Shown here piece by piece: positions 47,830 to 55,900 of a stretch of 64,000 nucleotides of DNA; positions within the stretch are counted from its first letter, which is position 1, and each line of letters begins with the position of its first letter. The stretch comes from Parcubacteria bacterium DG_74_1 (GTDB lineage Bacteria > Patescibacteriota > Minisyncoccia > Minisyncoccales > DG-74-1): NCBI GenBank assembly GCA_001303125.1, contig LJNE01000002.1:35564-99563 (forward strand), read 5' to 3'. The position numbers and the translations under genes were made by a program. The notes below the pieces were generated by a model. It searched no databases. It saw only the letters and a program-made list of their open reading frames with translations, and was not told where the DNA came from.

Positions 47830-49086
47830 TTATTCACTTCTCTCTTCCAGAATCACTTCAATATTTCTCTCCTCGCTGTCACGAAGAATTTTTAAAACTA
47901 CTCGATCGCCAGGATCATATCTGACAATTATTTTGGCCAAAGTATTGTCGGTGGTAATTTTTTCGCTATTAAATTCTAAAATAATATCTCCTTCTTTTAG
48001 TCCTGCTTTCTCTGCAGCTGAATTCGGGAAAATTGCTGGTTCGCCCAATGTTCCTTTCTGAGCCCAAGCACCGTAATTTACCGGCAAATTGTTTTCTTCT
48101 TGTATTGTTTCGTTAATAACAACATATCTTACACCCAAAAACGGGTAAACAATTTTACCCAATGTTTTTACCTGCTCTATGCCCTTCTTGGCTTTATTAA
48201 TCGGAATAGCAAAACCGATATTTTCTCCACCAACCACCGTAGCACTATTAATTCCGATAACTTCTCCTTTCAGGCTCAAAAGCGGCCCCCCGGAATTTCC
48301 CTGATTAATAGCGGCGTCAGTTTGAATAACGTCTTCCAGGGTTTCAACCAAGCCGCCGCCAGAAGCGGTAATAGTTCTTGCTAAGCCGGAAATTACTCCG
48401 ACCGAAATCGAGTTTTGAAATTCTCCCAAAACATTACCGATGGCAATGACTGTCTGGCCGATTTGCAAACCACCTGAGTCGCCGAGTTCGACGGTCGGAA
48501 AGGGCTCTTCCGATTCAATTCTTATTACAGCCAAATCCTGAACCGGGTCTCGGGCTAAAACCTCGGCCGGAAAAGTTCTTCCGTCGTTGGTCAAAACAGT
48601 ATAATCAGCATCGTCACTCAGTACAACGTGCTTATTAGTCAAAATCATTCCGTCTCCAGAAACAATAAAACCCGACCCTCCGCCAACTTCCTGTTTTTCG
48701 ATTCTTTTCTGTAAGGGAACATCTTCAAAAGGAGTAAAATAATACTGTTCAACATATTCGGTAATGATAATACTGACTACCGCTCCGGAAACTTCATTAA
48801 CCGCATTAATAATTGCCTCCTCCTGAGTGGTTTGAGGAAGATAAACCGGTTCTTTTTCCAAAATTGTTTCCTTTTCAACTGTGCTTGGCTCAGGAATCTC
48901 AATGCTCAATTCCGCAAGTTGATTTTTAATTTCGGCGTAAAAATAGTTTCCGGTAATCAATCCGCCTATTCCGCCAAAAATAAAAGCACCGAGTAAGAAT
49001 AAAAAGATATTAAAAGCTCGACCCTTGGGAAACCCTGGTTTTTTAAATCCTGGCGGTTCAAATTTTGGTAATTCGTAAATTGGCAT
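47830..49086 (-). CDS. htrA: HtrA/DegP-like serine protease with PDZ domain
   Basis: TNKHV, DLAV, GNSGGP, PDZ. Confidence 0.92.
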   Translation of the reverse strand: MPIYELPKFEPPGFKKPGFPKGRAFNIFLFLLGAFIFGGIGGLITGNYFYAEIKNQLAELSIEIPEPSTVEKETILEKEPVYLPQTTQEEAIINAVNEVSGAVVSIIITEYVEQYYFTPFEDVPLQKRIEKQEVGGGSGFIVSGDGMILTNKHVVLSDDADYTVLTNDGRTFPAEVLARDPVQDLAVIRIESEEPFPTVELGDSGGLQIGQTVIAIGNVLGEFQNSISVGVISGLARTITASGGGLVETLEDVIQTDAAINQGNSGGPLLSLKGEVIGINSATVVGGENIGFAIPINKAKKGIEQVKTLGKIVYPFLGVRYVVINETIQEENNLPVNYGAWAQKGTLGEPAIFPNSAAEKAGLKEGDIILEFNSEKITTDNTLAKIIVRYDPGDRVVLKILRDSEERNIEVILEERSE

Positions 49087-49090
49087 AATG

Positions 49091-50509
49091 TTATAAACTT
49101 AATTCTTGGTGAATCTTTTCTGTTACTGGAATGCCTACCTTTTCAAAAATTTCTAAGGCCTTTTTTTCTATTTCAATTAAGTCTTCTTTAGTATCGCCTT
49201 CAAACCGACATTTTATGTATGGGGTGGTATTAGCCGCTCGCGCTAAGGCCCAACCGTTTGGAAAATTAATTCTTGCTCCGTCAATATCAATAAAATCGTA
49301 ATTATTTTCTCTAAGATAATCCTGTAAATTCTTAATAATTTTAAACTTCGCCTCGTCAGTGGTATCTATAAAAACCTCGGGGCTGGCATAATAGCGAGGC
49401 AAATTATCAACATATTCAGCAAGATCTTTCTGTTTAGAGGCAATTTCAGCTAATTTTAAAGAAGCAAAGATAGCATCGTCGCAAAGATAATAATCAAGAG
49501 GAAAAAGAAAATGTAAAGTAATTTCTCCTCCGAAAACGGCACCGGTTTCAATAATCTTATTGATAACTGCGTTATGATGAGAAACAGAAAAATAAGTTTC
49601 AACTCCCTGTTTTTTCATCTCATCTAAAAAGGCTTTAGAAACCCTCATATCATGAACAACGGGGCCCTTTTTATTTTGGAGGACCTGTCTGGCTAGCATC
49701 AAAAGACAGGAGTCACCGCTAACAACATGACCTCGGTTATCTAACACCCCTATTCTATCACCGTCACAATCATAAACGAATCCTATATCTGCTTTTCGTT
49801 TCAAAACTTCCTTTTTGGCATCTTCAAGATTTTCTTCTTCATACGGGTCCGGTAAATGATGAGGGAAGGTGCCGTCAAAGTCGCCATAAAGAGTTTTTGT
49901 CTGACAACCAAGCTTCTGAAAAATTTTTTCGGGTAAAAATCCGGTTGCCCCATTACTAGAGTCAATAACAATCTTTAATGGCCTTTTAAAATTAGTCCTA
50001 CCGGTGACATAATCTAGGTAGTCCTGAGAAGGATTGAGGGCAGTAATTTTACCTTTTTGGAAAGACGTTTTTGTTCCTTTGTTTTTGAGAACTAACTCTT
50101 TCAGTTTTTCTAAATCTTTACCGATAACGTCTTCTGAAGTTTCTTCACCTGGTTTTTTAACGTGGAGAGTTAAACCATTGTGTTCTTTTGGGTTATGAGA
50201 ACCGCTTACCATAATGCCACCATCAAGCTGATAATGGAAGATTGAAAAATAAAATAGAGAATCTGGCGCAATATTAATATCAATCACCTCTTTACCAATC
50301 TCTACTAAGGCTTTTCTGACAGCTTTAGCCAAAGAAGGAGAGCTTAGTCTTGGATCTCGGGCAACAACTATTTTTTGGGCCTGAGAATATAAATCCCCAA
50401 AAGCTTTGGCAATCCGATAAGCTACCTCTTCATTTAAATTAGTAGGATAAATTCCTCGAATATCGTAAGCTCGGAAAATATTAGAATTAATCTTGCTTTC
50501 CATATACAT
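49091..50509 (-). CDS. Phosphomannomutase/phosphoglucomutase
   Basis: FRAYDIRG, SGSHNP, DCDGDR. Confidence 0.92.
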   Translation of the reverse strand: MYMESKINSNIFRAYDIRGIYPTNLNEEVAYRIAKAFGDLYSQAQKIVVARDPRLSSPSLAKAVRKALVEIGKEVIDINIAPDSLFYFSIFHYQLDGGIMVSGSHNPKEHNGLTLHVKKPGEETSEDVIGKDLEKLKELVLKNKGTKTSFQKGKITALNPSQDYLDYVTGRTNFKRPLKIVIDSSNGATGFLPEKIFQKLGCQTKTLYGDFDGTFPHHLPDPYEEENLEDAKKEVLKRKADIGFVYDCDGDRIGVLDNRGHVVSGDSCLLMLARQVLQNKKGPVVHDMRVSKAFLDEMKKQGVETYFSVSHHNAVINKIIETGAVFGGEITLHFLFPLDYYLCDDAIFASLKLAEIASKQKDLAEYVDNLPRYYASPEVFIDTTDEAKFKIIKNLQDYLRENNYDFIDIDGARINFPNGWALARAANTTPYIKCRFEGDTKEDLIEIEKKALEIFEKVGIPVTEKIHQELSL

Positions 50510-50527
50510 ATATTATATGATGTTTTT

Positions 50528-51412
50528 ATGAGCTTTTCAATCGGTATTGTTGGATTACCTAATGCCGGCAAATCCACCCTCTTCAAAGCTTTGACCAAAA
50601 AACCGGTTGATATAGGCCCCTATCCCTTTACCACTATTCACCCCAATGTCGGAATAGTCCAAGTTCCTGACGAAAGATTGGAAAAAATCGCCGAGACAAT
50701 AAAACCAGAGAAGGTCACCCCCACCATTATTGAATTTATTGATATTGCCGGTTTAGTAAAGGGTTCCCATAAAGGCGAGGGTTTGGGTAACCAGTTTTTG
50801 GCTCAGATTAGAAATTGTGATGCTATTTTAGAGGTAGTCAGGGTTTTTGAAGACCCGCGGGTTAAAAACACCACCGGCAAGATTGATCCGGCCAGCGACA
50901 TTGAAACAATAAAAATTGAGTTGGAACTGAAAGATATGGAATCAAAAGAGAAAGAAAATCTTCTGGGCAAAAAACCGGTTATCTATCTTTTGAATATTAA
51001 CGGTAAAACTTCCTATCAAGCGCCGGGAAATGAACATTTAGCCATAAACCTTAAAGATGAGGCCGAAATGTTTGAATTATCAGAGGCAGAAAAGAAAGAA
51101 TTAGAAATGAAATCTCAGCTTGACCGATTAATTCTCAGCTGTTACAATGTTCTTGATTTAATTACTTTTTATACGATAACCGGCGGTAAGGAAACGCGCG
51201 CCTGGACAATGAAAAAAGGCCTTACCGCTCCTGATGCCGGTGGAGTGGTTCATACCGACTTTAAAGAAAAATTTATCCGGGCTGAGGTAGTTAACTGGCA
51301 GAAATTAGTAGAAGCTGGTAGCTGGAAAGAAGCTAGGGAACGGGGCTGGATTCAGACAGTCGGCCGAGATTACATAGTTAAAGACGGCGACGTAATAGAG
51401 TTTAAAATATAA
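50528..51412 (+). CDS. ychF: Redox-regulated ATPase YchF (short form)
   Basis: GLPNAGKST, DIAGLV, GEGLGNQFL, TGS domain YIVKDGD. Confidence 0.92.
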   Translation: MSFSIGIVGLPNAGKSTLFKALTKKPVDIGPYPFTTIHPNVGIVQVPDERLEKIAETIKPEKVTPTIIEFIDIAGLVKGSHKGEGLGNQFLAQIRNCDAILEVVRVFEDPRVKNTTGKIDPASDIETIKIELELKDMESKEKENLLGKKPVIYLLNINGKTSYQAPGNEHLAINLKDEAEMFELSEAEKKELEMKSQLDRLILSCYNVLDLITFYTITGGKETRAWTMKKGLTAPDAGGVVHTDFKEKFIRAEVVNWQKLVEAGSWKEARERGWIQTVGRDYIVKDGDVIEFKI

Positions 51413-51414
51413 TT

Positions 51415-51735
51415 GTGAGATATTACGAATTAACCATTAACACTAAAGAAGCAGATTCCCTTTTAGAAAGGGTGGTTTCTTATCTTCCAAGTCCGCCCGC
51501 CCAGCAACAAAAACAAACTTCTTTTCTAACTTTGGAGTTTTATACGGAACCGGAAAAAATTAAAGAACTAGAAAAAAAGCTCAAAGAAGACTCTTTAAGG
51601 TATATAATTCTAGCCAAAGAGCCGCCCAAAAAAACCCTCGCTAAACCAATAAGAAAAATAGGAAAGACCGCCAAGCCTAAAGTAGAATTGAAGGAAATAG
51701 AAAAAAAGTTAGAAGAGATATTAGAAGAACCCTAA
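51415..51735 (+). CDS. rpsF: 30S ribosomal protein S6 (divergent)
   Basis: MRYYEL start, LRYII, position ychF-[rpsF]-ssb-rpsR. Confidence 0.7.
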   Translation: MRYYELTINTKEADSLLERVVSYLPSPPAQQQKQTSFLTLEFYTEPEKIKELEKKLKEDSLRYIILAKEPPKKTLAKPIRKIGKTAKPKVELKEIEKKLEEILEEP

Positions 51736-51762
51736 AGGTCGGAAAAAATAAAAAAGCATCAA

Positions 51763-52200
51763 ATGAATCTTAATAAAGCTATTTTAATTGGAAGATTAAC
51801 TCGCGATCCGGAAATGCGCTCCTTACCTTCTGGTCAACCGGTAGCTTCTTTTGGATTAGCCACTAATCGGGTTTTTGTTGGAAAGGACGGCCAGAAACAA
51901 GAACAAGTTGAATTTCACAACATTGTTCTTTTCGGAAGACTGGCGGAAATTGCTGCCCAGTACTTAAAAAAGGGGGCTCTGGCGATGATTGAAGGAAGAA
52001 TCAGAACTAGAAATTGGCAAGACAGCCAAGGAAGTCAACGCTCGCGCACTGAGATTGTAGCTGAAAGAATGCAATTGGGTCCTCGAGCAGCAGGCAGGGT
52101 CATACCACCAACCGAACCAGAAAAGGAAAATCCGCCAACAGAAGAAATACCAATTATCGAAGAAGAAGGAGAAATTAACGTAAAAGATATCCCCTTTTAG
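51763..52200 (+). CDS. ssb: Single-stranded DNA-binding protein
   Basis: NKAILIGRLTRDPE, C-terminal DIPF. Confidence 0.96.
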   Translation: MNLNKAILIGRLTRDPEMRSLPSGQPVASFGLATNRVFVGKDGQKQEQVEFHNIVLFGRLAEIAAQYLKKGALAMIEGRIRTRNWQDSQGSQRSRTEIVAERMQLGPRAAGRVIPPTEPEKENPPTEEIPIIEEEGEINVKDIPF

Positions 52201-52373
52201 TTTTTAGAACCTTCCTATATTGGAAAGGGGCCGGAGAAAAATTTCGGTTGCCGAGTTGCACAAGCAACAAGGCGCTCGCTGAAGGCATTATTTTATCTTG
52301 CGCTCCACTTCATTCAGTTTCAAAAGAGCGGACAAATATATTACTCATGAACGACTAATTTTTTATTACCACT

Positions 52374-52571
52374 ATGCCTTGTTTTTTTTGTCAAAGAAAC
52401 ATTAAAGAAATTGATTTTAAAGACACTGAGCTTTTAAAAAAGTTTCTTTCTGGTTTAGGTAAAATTAAGGCAAAAAAAAGAACCCGAGTCTGCTCGAGTC
52501 ACCAGAGAAAGTTAGCTCGGGCAATAAAACGGGCCCGGAATTTAGGACTGCTTTCTCATATTGTCAAATAG
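52374..52571 (+). CDS. rpsR: 30S ribosomal protein S18 (zinc-binding type)
   Basis: [22 protein letters not shown]. Confidence 0.95.
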   Translation: MPCFFCQRNIKEIDFKDTELLKKFLSGLGKIKAKKRTRVCSSHQRKLARAIKRARNLGLLSHIVK

Positions 52572-53546
52572 GTTTTTCTTCATTCTATCGGCAATTTCCG
52601 GATTTTCTTTTAAAAAGATCTTGCTCGCCTCCATCCCTTGACCCAATTTAGTACTTTCAAACTGAAGCCAACTGCCGGCTTTTTTTATTATATCCAATTT
52701 CAGGCCGGTATTGATAAGGTCGGCCAGCCGGGAAATTCCTTCATTGTAATAAATATCAAATTCGGTCGTTTTGAAGGGGGCGGCCACTTTATTTTTGACA
52801 ATTTTGGCTTTTACCCTATTGCCGACAACCTCCTCTCCCTTTTTTATCTGGGCGGCTCGTCTCAAATCAATTCTTACTGAAGCGTAAAACTTCAGGGCTA
52901 ATCCTCCTGGCGTGGTTTCCGGATTACCAAACAAAATTCCCACTTTCATTCTCGTCTGATTAAGAAAAATGACTACGGTCTTTGTTTTAGAAATAATCCC
53001 GGAAAGCTTACGCAGCGCTTGCGACATTAAACGCGCTTGAAGACCAATTTGGAATTCACCCATTTCGCCGGCAATTTCCGCCTGAGGAACTAGGGCTGCT
53101 ACCGAATCAATAACAATAACATCAACCTCGCCCGACTTGACTAGGGTTTCAACGATTTGTAAGGCCTGCTCACCCGAATCGGGTTGAGAGATTAATAAAT
53201 CATCGATATTAACTCCAATTTTTTTAGCGTAATCTGGGTCTAAAGCGTGCTCGGCATCGACAAAAGCAGCTACCCCAGATTTTTTCTGAGCCTCGGCACA
53301 GATATGGAGGGCTAATGTACTTTTGCCGGAACTCTCTGGGCCGTAAATCTCAATTACTCGACCTCGCGGCACGCCGCCAACTCCTAAGGCCATATCAAGA
53401 GAAATGGAACCCGTGGGAATAATATCAACGTCAACCGGTCTGGCTTCTCTCAATTTCATTATGGCTCCTTCGCCAAAACGCTGCTTAATTTCCGAAACTG
53501 CTTCTTGCAAATCGCTCTCCTCTGTTTTTTCTTTTCTCTTTGCCAT
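52542..53546 (-). CDS. recA: Recombinase RecA
   Basis: [24 protein letters not shown]. Confidence 0.97.
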   Translation of the reverse strand: MAKRKEKTEESDLQEAVSEIKQRFGEGAIMKLREARPVDVDIIPTGSISLDMALGVGGVPRGRVIEIYGPESSGKSTLALHICAEAQKKSGVAAFVDAEHALDPDYAKKIGVNIDDLLISQPDSGEQALQIVETLVKSGEVDVIVIDSVAALVPQAEIAGEMGEFQIGLQARLMSQALRKLSGIISKTKTVVIFLNQTRMKVGILFGNPETTPGGLALKFYASVRIDLRRAAQIKKGEEVVGNRVKAKIVKNKVAAPFKTTEFDIYYNEGISRLADLINTGLKLDIIKKAGSWLQFESTKLGQGMEASKIFLKENPEIADRMKKNLFDNMRKQS

Positions 53547-53609
53547 ATTTTTATACTAGCAGTAAATTTTTAAATTCTCAATTTTAAATTTGGGTCTAAA
53601 AATTTTTTG

Positions 53610-55766
53610 TTATACTTTCTCCCATTCTCCGTCCTCTTCGTCGGTCTTGATATAAACCTCTCTTGGCTTGGCCCCCTCACCAGGGCCTACTACCCCCCTT
53701 TCTTCCAAAATATCAATTAATCTGGCTGCTCGAGCATAACCAATCCTTAGTCTTCTTTGTAAAAGAGAGGCTGAGGCCTTTCTGGCCTCCTTAACTACTC
53801 TTTTCGCTTCTTCATACAAAGGATCTTCGCCGGTTTCAAATTCAGTCCCTCCTTTTCCTTGAAAAAAAGATAAGGTATCTCCTTCTTCCAGGACTTCTTC
53901 GGTCAAAGATGGATAAGAAGAATCTAAGGAAGTGGTAACTTTTGTTTCTAGCCAACTGACCACCTTCTTGACCTCTCTTTCTGAAACATAGGCGCCTTGA
54001 ATCCTTTTTGGCTTGGTAATTTCAGCTGAAATAAAAAGTAGGTCTCCCGAGCCCAAAAGTTTTTCAGCTCCGGCCATGTCTAAAACCGTTCTTGAATCAA
54101 CTTGACTGGCAACTTGGAAAGTAATCCGGGAAGTAATATTCGCCTTAATTAGACCGGTAATGACCTCGACGGATGGTCTTTGGGTAGCAACCACTAAATG
54201 GATACCGACGGCCCTGGCCATCTGGGCCAATCTGACAATCCCCGCTTCCACCTCTCTTCCTCGGGCGGCCATCAAATCAGCCAACTCATCAATAATTAAA
54301 ACGATATAAGGAACAGAAGGCTCACCTTCTCTCAGGGCTTTCTCGTTGTAACTAATAATGTCTCGGGAGCCGTTGACAGACAGCATATCAAACCTTCTTT
54401 CCATTTCAGATATCAGCCATTTTAGGGCACTTACCGTTTTTTGGGCGTCGAAAATAACCGGAGACAGAAGATGGGGTAACTCTTTATAGATTGAGAACTC
54501 CACTCGTTTGGGGTCAATTAAAATAAATCTCAAACTTTCCGGAGAATTGCGATAAAGCAAAGAAAGAATCATACTGTTTAAGAATATTGTCTTACCCGTA
54601 CCCGTACTACCAGCTACTAATAAATGGGGCATCCGACCCAAGTCAGCATAAACCGGATTACCCGAAACATCTCTCCCCAAGACCAAAGCCAAATCAGAAA
54701 GAGAGCTTTGAAACTGAGGAGCAGCAATTAATTCTCTTAATCTAACCTGAGCTCGGATTCGATTGGGAATTTCAATGCCAACCAAGGGTTTACCGGGAAT
54801 TGGTGCTTCTATCCGGATGGGATGACTAGCTAAAGCCAAGGCTAAATCATTCGAAAGTGTGGTAATTTTTGACAACTTTATGCCGTCGGCCGGCTTGAGG
54901 GTATACTGGGTAACGGTTGGGCCGACATTAATTCCTGACATCTCTACTGGAATCTCAAAATTCTCCAGGGTTTTCTTAATAATGGCTGAGTTAATTCTGA
55001 TATCGCCGGCAGTTGGTTTCTCCTTCTCTGAGTCTAACAATTCCAGGGGCGGACGTTGATATTCTCCCCTAAAGCTTTTGGTGACTGAATTAATTGGCTG
55101 GGCTTTTAATTCTAGAGAAGGCTCAGTAATAATTTCTTTTTCTTTCTTGATTTCTCCGACATCAGCCGGAGGCAACGGCTCAACTTCTTTTATTTTAAAA
55201 GAGGGGGCAAAAATTTTTTTGATTAAACTTGGCTTAGCCGGCGCTTCTGTTTTCGCTTTCTCAGCTTCAGCGGAAAAGCTGGCCGGCCGCTTTAATAAAT
55301 GCCAGAAAATTAAACAGGAAATCAAAATTACTCCAGCAAAAATAATTAGGCTAACCCAAAAGCCAAAAAATCGGAAAAGAAAGTGGGCTGTTAAGTAACC
55401 CAGCCAGCCACCCTCCTTCAAATCTAATTCTAGAATGCCAAAGATGCCACTAAATCCCAAAATGAAGAGTAAAACAGCTAAAATTAAGGCAAAAAGAAAT
55501 TTTTTATACCTTACCAAGAAGAAAGTCAAACCAGTCAGTACCAAGACTAAGGGCAAAAGAAAAACCGTTCTGCCGATTGATAAGTTGAACCCGGCAAAAA
55601 TACTACTGCCTACCCAACCAGCTTGTTCAATAAAACTCAAAGCAACGATTACCGCCAGTAAAAAAGTTACCACTCCGCCAATTTTCCTTTTGATTTCTTC
55701 GGGTAAGGCAAAACGGCCGAGCTTTTTTGACTTCTCAATAATTTTCTTTTTATTTCTTTTCCCCAT
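53610..55766 (-). CDS. ftsK: DNA translocase FtsK/SpoIIIE
   Basis: 4TM N-terminus, GSTGTGKT, DELADLM, gamma domain LQRRLRIGYARAAR. Confidence 0.95.
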   Translation of the reverse strand: MGKRNKKKIIEKSKKLGRFALPEEIKRKIGGVVTFLLAVIVALSFIEQAGWVGSSIFAGFNLSIGRTVFLLPLVLVLTGLTFFLVRYKKFLFALILAVLLFILGFSGIFGILELDLKEGGWLGYLTAHFLFRFFGFWVSLIIFAGVILISCLIFWHLLKRPASFSAEAEKAKTEAPAKPSLIKKIFAPSFKIKEVEPLPPADVGEIKKEKEIITEPSLELKAQPINSVTKSFRGEYQRPPLELLDSEKEKPTAGDIRINSAIIKKTLENFEIPVEMSGINVGPTVTQYTLKPADGIKLSKITTLSNDLALALASHPIRIEAPIPGKPLVGIEIPNRIRAQVRLRELIAAPQFQSSLSDLALVLGRDVSGNPVYADLGRMPHLLVAGSTGTGKTIFLNSMILSLLYRNSPESLRFILIDPKRVEFSIYKELPHLLSPVIFDAQKTVSALKWLISEMERRFDMLSVNGSRDIISYNEKALREGEPSVPYIVLIIDELADLMAARGREVEAGIVRLAQMARAVGIHLVVATQRPSVEVITGLIKANITSRITFQVASQVDSRTVLDMAGAEKLLGSGDLLFISAEITKPKRIQGAYVSEREVKKVVSWLETKVTTSLDSSYPSLTEEVLEEGDTLSFFQGKGGTEFETGEDPLYEEAKRVVKEARKASASLLQRRLRIGYARAARLIDILEERGVVGPGEGAKPREVYIKTDEEDGEWEKV

Positions 55767-55790
55767 TTCTCTTCTATTCTAACACAAAAA

Positions 55791-55900
55791 GATACTTATA
55801 GATACCTGTAAAGTCTGACTGCGATACTTACAGCAGATATTAACTGCAATAAGTATCGCGGACGGCAACGAACAAATATCAATAAGTATCAAGCAATATC
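55791..55900. repeat. Degenerate 10-bp tandem repeats in inverted orientation
   Basis: gatacttata gatacctgta ... aacaaatatc aataagtatc aagcaatatc. Confidence 0.6.
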
